DNA from: Methanobacteriota archaeon
GTDB taxonomy: Archaea > Thermoplasmatota > E2 > DHVEG-1
Reading direction: 5' to 3'
NCBI GenBank assembly: GCA_903877165.1
Contig: CAIRCU010000006.1
Coordinates: 2,580 to 66,579 of the forward strand
DNA length: 64,000 nt
This document shows, in pieces, positions 25,172 through 35,027 of the stretch; position 1 is the stretch's first letter, and each line of letters starts with the position of its first letter. The notes under the pieces are model-generated. The model worked only from the letters and a program-made list of their open reading frames with translations. It made no database searches and had not been told where the DNA came from. The translations under genes were made by a program, and so were the position numbers.

Positions 25172-27202
25172 ATGAATAGTAATTTTTATATACTCGAAGG
25201 TTCTTTGTTGGGGGTGGAGGCTAAGGGTTTCGTGCGACTGAGAATATTGGCGGTTAGTCTTCTATGCGTGTTATTGGCAAGCACTGCCTGGGGCGTCAGC
25301 TTGCCACGCACCACCGCTCCGCAAACCCTGGTCGTCCATCTCGACTTCCAAGCGCCAACCTTCGTCGCGGACGGCGACACGTATCGAATCACCATCCCGG
25401 AAGCTCCCGCCTGTCTCTTCGAACCCGGCTGGCCCGCCCTCCCAAAATACCTCCAGACCTTCACCCTGCCCTTCGGCGCCGACGTCACCAACGTCGCAAT
25501 ACACACCTCGCATACGTCCGTCCTCATCCTGTCACACCCACTCTCATCCACACCGATACCCGCGATAAGTGGTCTCCCCACGGACATCGTCAGCGAAAAC
25601 GCGTACGGGCCCATGGAGTTCTACCCGCCTCAACAAGTCCTCTACCAGACCGGAGGCGGACTCGACGCCGCAGGCAAGCACGTTACCTTCCTCACCCTCA
25701 TCGTCATCCCCGCCCAGTACCAGACCTCGACGACGGCCCTGCGCTGGGCATGCAACTGGACCATCACCCTGTCCTACACCATTCCCTCCCACAATCCGTT
25801 CCCTACCGAATCAACCACGCCACTGGTCATCATCACCCCCGCAAGGTTCACCAAGGCGCTCGAGCCGCTCGTCGCTCATAAGATTGCGCTCGGCATCCCG
25901 ACCACAGTGAAGACCCTCACCGACATCTACCGGGAATACAACGGAAGAGACAAAGCGGAACAAATCAAATTCTTTATCAAAGACGCGGTCGACCACTGGG
26001 GTACCAAATACGTCCTGCTCGTCGGCGGTATGTCCACGACGCTCTTTGGAATGCCACGGGACTCCTCAAGTCTCGGCGCGAACGACTGGTTCATCCCCGT
26101 CCGATACTCGAACCTCAAGGACTTCTACACACCCAGCGACCCCGGCTTCATCTCCGACCTCTATTACGCTGATTTGTACAACGGCAACGGGCAGTTCTGC
26201 AGTTGGGACTCCAACGGCGACGGCGTCTACGGCGGCTGGGACCAGCCGTCTCTGTCCGGCGGGACCGTCGTCCCCCTCGGTCATGGAACGGACACCCTCG
26301 ACTTCTACCCTGACGTCTGCGTCGGCCGTCTCCCCTGCCGGACGGTCGCAGAATGCCGCACCATGGTTGATAAAATCATCGCCTATGAAAGTGTCCCTGC
26401 GAGCGCCTCCTGGCTACAGCGCATCCTCGTGGCCGCAGGCGACCCGTACTACGACGCCGGCACGAACATTTATGAAGGCGAGGCGATCGGCGATGCCGTC
26501 ATCTCGGCCCTCCCAGGACTTCAATCCATGCGTCTCTACGCCTCGTTCGAGGGAAACGACTCCTCGGCAACTCCTCTGACCCGCAACATCCTTCGAGAGC
26601 TCGATGCGGGCTGCTGCTTCCTCTTGTTGGATGGTCATGGCGGGCCCGGCTGGTGGAACACCTGCTGGCCCGGGCGCTGCAACGCCACGATTCTCCTCGG
26701 TGGTCTCTCTGATGCTGATTTGTACCGGCTGCATAACGGGGGGCTGCTCCCTGTGACCGTCATCGGCGGCTGCCATTGCTGCCAGTTTAACGTTACCCTG
26801 CTGTCGACCCTCCTGGACCCCAGCAACTCCCATGCAACGTGGTCGAACGGCCATCCTCTGTTCCGCTGCCTTGGCGAGGCGCTTCTGATGAAGAAGAACG
26901 GCGGGAGCATCGCAGTGATTGGTTCCACGGGCCTTGGGTATGAGCAGTCCGGGGAGAACGGGGACCTGGATGGAGACGGGCGGAACCTGCCGGATAGCGC
27001 CGAGGCGCTCGGCGGGTACCTGGAGGTCTCGTTGTTCCAGGCGTACCAGAACGGGACCCGGACGCTTGGTATGCTGTGGACTCAGGCGATAGGGCAGTAT
27101 CTTGAGCATTACCCGGGGATGCTGAATCGCGATGATGCGAAGACCGTTGAGGAGTGGGTCGTGCTCGGCGACCCCAGCCTGCTCGTCGGCGGCCACACGT
27201 AG
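25172..27202 (+). CDS. secreted peptidase C25 (gingipain-like) family protein
   Basis: It has a signal peptide (RLRILAVSLLCVLLASTAWG), a catalytic His in LLLDGHGGPGWW and a Cys in VTVIGGCHCCQF. A GTG at 25232 is an alternative start; the ORF-track ATG at 25073 is probably too far upstream. Confidence 0.7.
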   Translation: MNSNFYILEGSLLGVEAKGFVRLRILAVSLLCVLLASTAWGVSLPRTTAPQTLVVHLDFQAPTFVADGDTYRITIPEAPACLFEPGWPALPKYLQTFTLPFGADVTNVAIHTSHTSVLILSHPLSSTPIPAISGLPTDIVSENAYGPMEFYPPQQVLYQTGGGLDAAGKHVTFLTLIVIPAQYQTSTTALRWACNWTITLSYTIPSHNPFPTESTTPLVIITPARFTKALEPLVAHKIALGIPTTVKTLTDIYREYNGRDKAEQIKFFIKDAVDHWGTKYVLLVGGMSTTLFGMPRDSSSLGANDWFIPVRYSNLKDFYTPSDPGFISDLYYADLYNGNGQFCSWDSNGDGVYGGWDQPSLSGGTVVPLGHGTDTLDFYPDVCVGRLPCRTVAECRTMVDKIIAYESVPASASWLQRILVAAGDPYYDAGTNIYEGEAIGDAVISALPGLQSMRLYASFEGNDSSATPLTRNILRELDAGCCFLLLDGHGGPGWWNTCWPGRCNATILLGGLSDADLYRLHNGGLLPVTVIGGCHCCQFNVTLLSTLLDPSNSHATWSNGHPLFRCLGEALLMKKNGGSIAVIGSTGLGYEQSGENGDLDGDGRNLPDSAEALGGYLEVSLFQAYQNGTRTLGMLWTQAIGQYLEHYPGMLNRDDAKTVEEWVVLGDPSLLVGGHT

Positions 27203-27205
27203 ACG

Positions 27206-28174
27206 TTATTCTTCTGGCATGTAGTTCATCTTGTGCAGCCGTGAGGCGTAAACGTAGCGGTACTTCTTGATGGCTTCCGGGAACTGGTTGGTGAGGTCTT
27301 TCATGATTTGGTGGAACTGCTCCAAGGTTTTGACGTGGTATTCGAGTTCGAGGTCGGAGATGCCGACGGATTTGTCGATGCGGACGAGGTGCGGGTTGGT
27401 CTTGGCGTAGTTGATGATTTTGCCGCGCTGCTTGTAGTCTTTGAGGTCGATGTCTGCTTTGAAGAACTGGTACCCAAGCTTGCCGTAGTCGATGTCCGCG
27501 CGGAAGCCTTGGATGACGCCTTGTTTGATGAGTTTCTTGAGTCGGTAATTGACGACAGCGGGCGTGGAATCCAGTTTTGTGGCGAGTTCTTTTACCGGCA
27601 TGCGGGCGTTCGGGGTGATGAGCCGTAGGAGTCGGTAGTCGAGGTCGTCGATGGTGACCTGCTCGCCGCCGCCGGTGATCTCGAACTTGGTGCGATCGGA
27701 CTTGTTCGGATCGTCGAGCAGGTAGGAATGTCGGTACGTGTAAATCTGGATGTACGCGGAGAACCATTGCTCCAGGAAGTTATCGCGGAACCTGCGCAGG
27801 GTCTCTTCCCAGAAGGCGTAGAAGTCATTGATGTTCTTGACCCACATGATGACCGCGAGGTCGAAGCGACCCTCCGCGGAGATCGTCCACCAGTTCAGCT
27901 TCTGTTTGGTAAAATGCTCGATGAGCTCCCGTTCGCGCTCCTGGGTCATGTACTGGTAGACGAGGTAGACGCGGAAGCTGATGTACCCCAGCCTGAAGGC
28001 GTCGATGACCGTGTAGAAGGTCTTGATGTACTCGTTCTCAATGAGCTTGTTTATCCTGTAAGCGACCACGGTCTTGGAGAGGCCGACCTTCTTGCCGATT
28101 TTCGCGAAGGACTGGCGCGAGTCCAGGTCGAGTTGGTAGAGAATCTCCCGGTCCTTGGAGTCGATTTTCACCAT
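27206..28174 (-). CDS. tandem-fused Lrp/AsnC family transcriptional regulator (two HTH+RAM units)
   Basis: Two consecutive HTH_AsnC modules (SRQSFAKIGKKVGLSKTVVAYRINKL and NARMPVKELATKLDSTPAVVNYRLKKL) are each followed by a RAM domain. The gene is divergent from purF. Confidence 0.8.
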   Translation of the reverse strand: MVKIDSKDREILYQLDLDSRQSFAKIGKKVGLSKTVVAYRINKLIENEYIKTFYTVIDAFRLGYISFRVYLVYQYMTQERERELIEHFTKQKLNWWTISAEGRFDLAVIMWVKNINDFYAFWEETLRRFRDNFLEQWFSAYIQIYTYRHSYLLDDPNKSDRTKFEITGGGEQVTIDDLDYRLLRLITPNARMPVKELATKLDSTPAVVNYRLKKLIKQGVIQGFRADIDYGKLGYQFFKADIDLKDYKQRGKIINYAKTNPHLVRIDKSVGISDLELEYHVKTLEQFHQIMKDLTNQFPEAIKKYRYVYASRLHKMNYMPEE

Positions 28175-28361
28175 GGCATATGTGTCATCATCCGTGTAAA
28201 ATATTAATGTTTCTATATTCGTTCAAAAAAAACAGTAAAAACTAGTCCATTTCCATGTTTCTATAAGAAAATCTCGGAGTGAGTCTGCCACCCTGCGACA
28301 CGTCACCTCCTGGTCAGGTGAACAAGCTATATATAACCTCTCTTCAATCAGGGTGCTATCA

Positions 28362-29795
28362 ATGTGTGGGATCGTAGGCATTATCGGGGGGCGACCAGTT
28401 TCTCGACTGATTTACCATAGCCTCTTCGCCATCCAGCATCGAGGGCAATCCTCCGCCGGGATGCTTACGTACGACGGCAACATTCACGTCACCAAAGACA
28501 GCGGACTCGTCCGCGACGTCTTCAACGACGAAAAGAAGATCAACAAACCCGGCAACATCGGCATCGGCCACACCAGGTACTCCACCGCAGGCATGGATGA
28601 TGAAGAGTCCCTTAAGAAGAACGCCCAACCCGAGTACCTCGTCAACCCGTTTCTCGCCGCAGTCCACAACGGCAACATCTACAACGGCTCAGACATCGCC
28701 AAGGAAACCGCCAGGATCCCACGCACCGACTGCGACATCCAATGGCTCCTGCTCCCCATGGCGGACGCCCTCTACAAAAAAGAAGTCACCCCCGAGCTCA
28801 TCATGGACTCCTGCGCCCATCTCATCACCCAGCTCAAGGGCAGCTACTCCGCCCTCTACCTCGCGGACTCCGGAGACCACCCCTACCTCTTCGCAATGAC
28901 CGACCCCCGCAAGATCCGCCCCCTCGTCCTCGGAAAATCCAACGGCATGTACTGCCTCACCTCCGAGACCAGGGTCTTCAAGCGCATCAACTTCGAATAC
29001 ATCAAGGACATCCCCGGAGGCAGCGTCATCATCATCGACGAGCACGGCACCATCTGGGAAAAACAGATCATCAAGAAACCAGAGATGCCCTGCATGTTCG
29101 AGTTCGTCTACTTCGCCAAACCGGACAGCCGCATCAAAGACCGCTCGATCCACAACGTCCGCCAGGAAATCGGCCAACGCCTCGCCGTCGAACAACCCGC
29201 GACCGCGGACATCGTCATCCCGGTCCCAGAATCCGGCAGACGCTACGCCATCGGCTACTCCCGACAATCCAGCATCCCCCTCGAAGAAGGCATCATGAAG
29301 GACAAGGACGAACGCAGCTTCATCCAACAGACCCAGGAGAACCGGGACAAGACCGTCGAAGAAGGCCTCTCCTTCCTCAGATCAGCCCTCGAAGACAAAC
29401 GCGTCGTCCTCGTCGACGACTCCATCGTCCGCGGCACCAACATCCGCAAGATCGTCAAAGGACTGCGCACCGCCGGCGCCCGCGAAGTCCACGTCAGAAT
29501 CGGCTGCCCGCCCCTCATCGCCCCCTGCTACCTCGGCATCGACATGCGCAGCCGCAAGGAATTCCTCGCACGAACACCATCCGGCGACATCAAACCCGTC
29601 GACGAGATCAGCAAGGAAATCGGCGCAGACTCACTCGGCTACATTAGCATCGAAGGACTCCGTAAAGCCATCGGCTTCGAACACTGCCGCGGCTGCATCG
29701 ACTTCCCCGCAGGATATCCTCCGGAGATGCAGCAGGACGTCCAACGCCTCTACCACCTCAACCACCAAGGCATCCGCGCCTACGAAAGCTGCTAA
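28362..29795 (+). CDS. purF: amidophosphoribosyltransferase
   Basis: The N-terminal MCGIVGI (Ntn Cys1), the PRTase motif VVLVDDSIVRGTN and the C-terminal Cys residues identify it. Confidence 0.9.
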   Translation: MCGIVGIIGGRPVSRLIYHSLFAIQHRGQSSAGMLTYDGNIHVTKDSGLVRDVFNDEKKINKPGNIGIGHTRYSTAGMDDEESLKKNAQPEYLVNPFLAAVHNGNIYNGSDIAKETARIPRTDCDIQWLLLPMADALYKKEVTPELIMDSCAHLITQLKGSYSALYLADSGDHPYLFAMTDPRKIRPLVLGKSNGMYCLTSETRVFKRINFEYIKDIPGGSVIIIDEHGTIWEKQIIKKPEMPCMFEFVYFAKPDSRIKDRSIHNVRQEIGQRLAVEQPATADIVIPVPESGRRYAIGYSRQSSIPLEEGIMKDKDERSFIQQTQENRDKTVEEGLSFLRSALEDKRVVLVDDSIVRGTNIRKIVKGLRTAGAREVHVRIGCPPLIAPCYLGIDMRSRKEFLARTPSGDIKPVDEISKEIGADSLGYISIEGLRKAIGFEHCRGCIDFPAGYPPEMQQDVQRLYHLNHQGIRAYESC

Positions 29796-29809
29796 TACCA
29801 CTCATCCCT

Positions 29810-30118
29810 ATGATCGAAATTCACATCGGCTCCACCGAAGAACGCATCATCCGTCACCTCCAACGCCACTACCCCGTCACCATCACCCAGCTCTACAAGA
29901 GCTTACACCTTTCCCCCACCACCATCAGACGCACCCTCACCAAACTCCAGCACGCCGGCGTCGTCCACATCGACCCGCTCCCCGGCCGCACCTACGTCCG
30001 CCTCCTCCGCGACGACATCCACTTCCTCAGCAACCGCCCACACCACAAACCCACGACAAAGAAACCTGCCGGCCGCCAACCAACACCTCCAGACTACGAC
30101 GACATCATGTACTCCTAA
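29810..30118 (+). CDS. small winged-helix DNA-binding protein
   Basis: 102 aa. The wHTH segment is ITQLYKSLHLSPTTIRRTLTKLQHAGVV. It lies 14 nt after purF. Confidence 0.5.
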   Translation: MIEIHIGSTEERIIRHLQRHYPVTITQLYKSLHLSPTTIRRTLTKLQHAGVVHIDPLPGRTYVRLLRDDIHFLSNRPHHKPTTKKPAGRQPTPPDYDDIMYS

Positions 30119-30180
30119 CCAAGGAAAAGGAATTATAACACTTTTACCATTCTCTACCCCAGACCAAGACTAGAAGGTGG

Positions 30181-31899
30181 ATGGAGACCATGGAGACAGC
30201 CTCAGTTCAAGTACAGGCACCTAATAGCATTTCTTCACGCCCCGCGGGCAAACCTAAGATTGCATACTTCTCCATGGAGATCGGCATCGACGAACACATC
30301 CCCACCTACAGCGGAGGCTTAGGCATCCTCGCCGGAGACACCCTCAAAGCCGCCGCCGATCTCAACGTCCCCATCGTCGCCGTCACACTCCTCTCAGAAA
30401 AAGGCTACTTCTACCAAGAAATCGACCCAGACGGCAACCAAATCGAACGCCCCTACAACTTCAACATCAACGACTTCCTCAAACCACTCCCCAGTAAAAC
30501 CGACGTCACCATCGAAGGCCGCCCCGTCAACATCCGCATCTGGTACTACCTCGTCCAAGGCATCAGCGGCTACATCGTCCCCATCTTCTTCCTCGACACC
30601 AACCTCGAAGAAAACAGCGCCTACGACCGCGAAATCACCAAATACCTCTACGGCGGCGACACCCGCTACCGCCTCGCCCAAGAAATCATCCTGGGCATCG
30701 GCGGCATCCGCGCCATCCACGCCCTCGGCTACACCACCATCGACAAATACCACATGAACGAAGGACACGCAGCACTCGGCACACTCGAACTCTACCGCAG
30801 ATACCAAGAAGTCGACAAAGTCCGCGAACAATGCGTCTTCACCACCCACACCCCCGTCGCCGCAGGACACGACCAGTTCGACCTCACCCTCGTCAAATCC
30901 ATGATCGGCGACATGCTCCCCCAGAGCCTCTACCCCGAAGTGACCTTCGAAAACCGACTCAACATGACCAGGCTCGCCCTCTTCTTCAGCCACTACGTCA
31001 ACGGCGTCGCCAAACGCCACGGCGAAGTCTCCCGTCTCATGTTCCCCGGCTACGCCATCGACTCCATCACCAACGGCGTCCACACCGCCACCTGGGTCTC
31101 CGAGCCCTTCGCCAGAGTCTTCGACAAATACATGCCCGGCTGGCGCTCCGATCCATTCCTCCTGCGCGCCGCCTTCAGCATCGACAAAAACGACATCTGG
31201 GCAGCCCATATCGAAGCCAAGAAGAAACTCGTCGACTTCGTCAACAACCGCTACAACGTCGGCATGAACTACGACCATTTCACCATCGGTTTCGCCCGCA
31301 GACAGACCGCATATAAACGCCCTGAACTCCTCATCTCCGATCCCCAGAGACTCATGAACATCGCGGAAAAAGCAGGTCCCATCCAGATTATCTACGCGGG
31401 CAAAGCCCATCCCAAAGACGGCAGCGGCAAGGAATCCATCCGCCGCATCTACAGCGTCATGAAATCCATTAAAGGCAAAGTGAAAATGACGTACATCGAC
31501 AACTACGACATGGCGATCTCCAAGCTCATGACATCAGGCGTCGACATCTGGCTCAATACCCCCCGCCGTCCCCAGGAGGCATCTGGCACCTCCGGGATGA
31601 AAGCCGCACACAACGGCGTCCCCCAGTTCAGCACCCTGGATGGCTGGTGGATTGAAGGCAGAATCGAAAACATCACAGGCTGGGCCATCGGCACCAGGAA
31701 ATCCAACGAACGAGAATCAGACGACGACGCGGACCGCGATGACCTCTACACCAAACTCGAATCCTGGATCATGCCCAAATTCTACAATGACCGGGACAAC
31801 TGGATCCGCACGATGCGCAGCTGCATCGCCATCAATGCCTCCTTCTTCAACACCAACCGGATGATCCAGCAGTACGTCCTAAACGCGTACTTCATGTAG
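30181..31899 (+). CDS. glgP: alpha-glucan (glycogen/maltodextrin) phosphorylase, short archaeal type (GT35)
   Basis: YFSMEIG and SGGLGILAGD are the hallmark N-terminal motifs, and the PLP lysine region is EASGTSGMKAAHNG. Confidence 0.85.
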   Translation: METMETASVQVQAPNSISSRPAGKPKIAYFSMEIGIDEHIPTYSGGLGILAGDTLKAAADLNVPIVAVTLLSEKGYFYQEIDPDGNQIERPYNFNINDFLKPLPSKTDVTIEGRPVNIRIWYYLVQGISGYIVPIFFLDTNLEENSAYDREITKYLYGGDTRYRLAQEIILGIGGIRAIHALGYTTIDKYHMNEGHAALGTLELYRRYQEVDKVREQCVFTTHTPVAAGHDQFDLTLVKSMIGDMLPQSLYPEVTFENRLNMTRLALFFSHYVNGVAKRHGEVSRLMFPGYAIDSITNGVHTATWVSEPFARVFDKYMPGWRSDPFLLRAAFSIDKNDIWAAHIEAKKKLVDFVNNRYNVGMNYDHFTIGFARRQTAYKRPELLISDPQRLMNIAEKAGPIQIIYAGKAHPKDGSGKESIRRIYSVMKSIKGKVKMTYIDNYDMAISKLMTSGVDIWLNTPRRPQEASGTSGMKAAHNGVPQFSTLDGWWIEGRIENITGWAIGTRKSNERESDDDADRDDLYTKLESWIMPKFYNDRDNWIRTMRSCIAINASFFNTNRMIQQYVLNAYFM

Positions 31900-33744
31900 G
31901 AGCATCTTTTCGAACGGCGGCCTCCTCCCCTCGATATCCTCGATGAGTGTCCGGAGGACTTCAGCCACACTCCACGCCTGCGTGATACATCCCTGCGGCG
32001 AAAAGGGCGGCTCCGGGTCGAACAACTCCGGGATCGTCCCATCCCATCGCTCGCCGAACACCGTAAGCATCGGCTCAAGAAAAGCCTCCCGGGCATACCG
32101 CCGGATAGCCGCCGTACGTCCATGGGTCTTCACATACGCCGTGATGAACGGGCCAAGCAGCCACGGCCACACGATGCCGTTATGATAGGCCAGGTCTTTA
32201 TTCAACGGCTCGAACAGCGATCCTTTATACTGCGTATCATCAGCCGCCAGCGTCTTGAGCCCAAACGGCGAGAGGAGATGATTCTGCACACTCTCAACGA
32301 TAGCTTCCTGCAGCGGCGCGTCCACCAATGGGAAATCCAAGGAGACTAGGAAGATCTTGTTGGGCCGTAGCGACTTGTCTTTCGTATCAATGACATCGAA
32401 CTGTTGGTCGTACTGCCGCCGGAAACTCTCTGAGACGCGTTCCGCAAGGCTGCTGTATTGGTCTTTTCGATGGATCATCGTGGCACAAATCCCCATGATT
32501 TGGAGAGCATTGTACCATAGAGCCTGGATCTCCACCGCTTTCTGATTTCGTGGGGTCGGATAGTAATCCCCTATCTTCACGTCCATCCATGTCAGCCCCG
32601 GGCCATGACAAATCAGCCCATCGCTATCCATGTGAATACCGAAGTCCGTCCCTTTGATGTAATGCTGGATGATGCTGTCTAACGTCGGCCAGATTATATG
32701 GAGGAATTCCTCATCATTCGTGTACTTGAGGTACTGGAAGACCCGGTCGACGAACCACAGCGAGGCGTCGACGGTATTATAGGCAGGGGCGGAATCGCGG
32801 TCCATAAAGACGTTGGGCACGAGTCCGTTCCTACAATACTCCGCGAGACTGAGCAAGAGCTCCCGGGTCTTCTGGTACCGTTTGGTCACCAGGGTGATTC
32901 CGGGGAGGGCGATGAGAATATCCCTTCCCCAATCGCTGAACCAGTGATACCCAGCGACGATGCTCGTACCGTCGCCTTTCTGTACGAGGAACTGGTCGGC
33001 GGCAAGCATTAACGGTCTATAGTCTTTCGGCAAAGCCGCCTGCGAAAGCATTTCATCCAATCTGAGAAGTTCTTGATACTGAACTACTGCAGGATTGCTC
33101 GGCAGGTCAGGCTCCACGGTCATACAGAGATAGTAGGATGCGGAGGCTGACAGCTGTTTTTCAAAAGACCCGAGGCGCACCGCGGCATCGACCCATGCAT
33201 CCTTGCGCTCCCTATCTATTTCGTAGTGCAACTCTTCCCATGATTCATGTGGTGAATACGAGGCGTTCTCGACCCCGATCCTCAGAGTGCGATCGCTCCT
33301 GGATGTGGTGATTGCCACCTGGCCATTGGCCACGGATTGATGAAGGGAAAACGAACGAGGGGAGAGGCAGTCGTAGAAATGACGGGCGGTGACGATCGGC
33401 TGATGATAGAGCCGGCAGGGCCGTTTCGTGTCAACGTCGTACTTGATGACGGTCGTATTCTTTCCATGCTGCATGCAGAATGTTTTTGTTACCGTGATGT
33501 CTTCGAAGTGATATGATAACGAGGGCAAGAACTCGAACGAAAACACCGGGGTCACATCTTGGAGGCGAAGAGTTTTATCGCCGTACACCAGATAGTCATA
33601 GATGTTGGAGACGAACACCCAGCGGTTGGTCGGAGGCTGCAGGCTTGCGATGAGGAGTCCGTGGAATTTACGGGTCGTCCCATGATGATGCGTAAGCGAG
33701 GCGTACCCGCCAATCCCGTTGGTTACAATCCATTCCCGCATCAC
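31879..33744 (-). CDS. glycogen debranching enzyme, archaeal type (amylo-alpha-1,6-glucosidase family)
   Basis: The N-terminus EWIVTNGIGGYAS, a length of about 620 aa and a C-terminal (alpha/alpha)6 GDE-like region support the call. Confidence 0.75.
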   Translation of the reverse strand: MMREWIVTNGIGGYASLTHHHGTTRKFHGLLIASLQPPTNRWVFVSNIYDYLVYGDKTLRLQDVTPVFSFEFLPSLSYHFEDITVTKTFCMQHGKNTTVIKYDVDTKRPCRLYHQPIVTARHFYDCLSPRSFSLHQSVANGQVAITTSRSDRTLRIGVENASYSPHESWEELHYEIDRERKDAWVDAAVRLGSFEKQLSASASYYLCMTVEPDLPSNPAVVQYQELLRLDEMLSQAALPKDYRPLMLAADQFLVQKGDGTSIVAGYHWFSDWGRDILIALPGITLVTKRYQKTRELLLSLAEYCRNGLVPNVFMDRDSAPAYNTVDASLWFVDRVFQYLKYTNDEEFLHIIWPTLDSIIQHYIKGTDFGIHMDSDGLICHGPGLTWMDVKIGDYYPTPRNQKAVEIQALWYNALQIMGICATMIHRKDQYSSLAERVSESFRRQYDQQFDVIDTKDKSLRPNKIFLVSLDFPLVDAPLQEAIVESVQNHLLSPFGLKTLAADDTQYKGSLFEPLNKDLAYHNGIVWPWLLGPFITAYVKTHGRTAAIRRYAREAFLEPMLTVFGERWDGTIPELFDPEPPFSPQGCITQAWSVAEVLRTLIEDIEGRRPPFEKMLLHEVRV

Positions 33745-33769
33745 ATAACCTGTGGTATCGCTTGGTGTC

Positions 33770-35011
33770 TTAGAGGCATTCTTGGTAGATCTCCAAGGTC
33801 CGTTTCGTTACCGTATCCCAGGTGAATTCTTTGAGGACCCGCGCCCGCCCGTACTCGCCCATGGCTTTACCCTTATCCGGGAGGCTGAGGGCCTGTTTGA
33901 TTCCCCAGGCGATATCCTCAGGGGCGTAGGGGTTGACGTGGAAGCCGCACTGCTCGTCACCGCTGGGAGTGATCTGCTCGCGCATCCCGTTGGTGCCGCG
34001 GGCGCCGACGATGACCGGTTTTGCCATGGACATGGCTTCGGTGCAGACGATGCCGAACGGCTCGTACAACGACGGTAGGACAACGATGTCGGATGCCGCA
34101 TAATGCTGGATGCGTTCTGCTTCGTTGATGAACTCTGTTCTGAAAACCACGTGCTGCGCAATGCCCAGTTGGTCTGCCATGGACCGGAGGCTTTGCTCCA
34201 TGTCACCGACTCCGAGGATTACGAGTTTGACATTTGGGAACTCGCGGATGACTGCGGGCATGGCCTGGACGAGCTTGTCCACACCTTTCACTGCCACGAG
34301 CCGGCCGATGAAAAACACCATAATCTCGTTGGGATGGATGCCGTAGCGGCGCCGCAGCGCTTCACGCTGTTCGAGGGTGATGCGCTCCGGATTGTATTTC
34401 TCAGGGTCGACGCCGTTCCAACACACCCGGATTTTTTCTTGGGGGAATCCGAGTTTGAGGAGCTCGTCGGCCATGGCGTTGCTGACGGTTATGATTCGGT
34501 CTGCGATCTGGCCGCCTTCGTATTCGATGTCCTTGATCGTATGCGAGCCGCGGCCTATGGACCGGCCGACCTCCGTGGAGTGCACGTGGAAGACCAAGGG
34601 TATTTTCAATTCTTTCTTAGAGATGATGCCGCCCATGATGCCGAGCCAGTCGTGGCCGTCGATGATGTCGAAGCTGCGGCTGTTCTTGCGGACGAGGCCG
34701 TTGGTGAGCTGCGAGGTGGACATGATGTTGTAACTGAGGACGTCTGCGAAGAACTTGAAGTACGGTCCCCATGATCTCAGCTCGTGGTCCGCGCAGAGGT
34801 AGAACGTGCTTGTCAGGTCGAGGGTCTTGGGTCGGTAGACTTCGACGCCGTGGGTTAGGTCCATCGGTGGGAAGGTGTTGTCTCGATTCAGGGAGAAGAC
34901 GGCGACGTCGTGTTTCCAGGCAGCCATCTTCATGGTGACCTCGGAGACAAACGTACCGAGTCCTCCGTAGAGTACTGGGGGGTACTCCCAGGAAAAATGT
35001 ACGATCTTCAT
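33770..35011 (-). CDS. glycosyltransferase, GT4/GT5 glycogen-synthase-like
   Basis: MKIVHFSWEYPPVLYGGLG is a glycogen-synthase-type start, and the C-terminal motif is EPFGIVCTEAMSMAKPVI. Confidence 0.7.
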   Translation of the reverse strand: MKIVHFSWEYPPVLYGGLGTFVSEVTMKMAAWKHDVAVFSLNRDNTFPPMDLTHGVEVYRPKTLDLTSTFYLCADHELRSWGPYFKFFADVLSYNIMSTSQLTNGLVRKNSRSFDIIDGHDWLGIMGGIISKKELKIPLVFHVHSTEVGRSIGRGSHTIKDIEYEGGQIADRIITVSNAMADELLKLGFPQEKIRVCWNGVDPEKYNPERITLEQREALRRRYGIHPNEIMVFFIGRLVAVKGVDKLVQAMPAVIREFPNVKLVILGVGDMEQSLRSMADQLGIAQHVVFRTEFINEAERIQHYAASDIVVLPSLYEPFGIVCTEAMSMAKPVIVGARGTNGMREQITPSGDEQCGFHVNPYAPEDIAWGIKQALSLPDKGKAMGEYGRARVLKEFTWDTVTKRTLEIYQECL

Positions 35012-35027
35012 AGGGTGGCTTCTCTCC

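Noticed and set aside
26793-27767. 324-aa minus-strand ORF spanning the end of the C25 peptidase gene and the Lrp gene
   Set aside because: It is Arg/Pro/His-rich junk and overlaps two well-supported genes.
28742-29647. 301-aa ORF inside purF (plus strand, other frame), extremely Arg/Pro-rich
   Set aside because: It is the out-of-frame shadow of purF and has no domain signal.
30394-31410. 338-aa antisense ORF, Asp/Glu/Val/Gly-rich
   Set aside because: It is the reverse-frame shadow of the alpha-glucan phosphorylase gene and has acidic low complexity.
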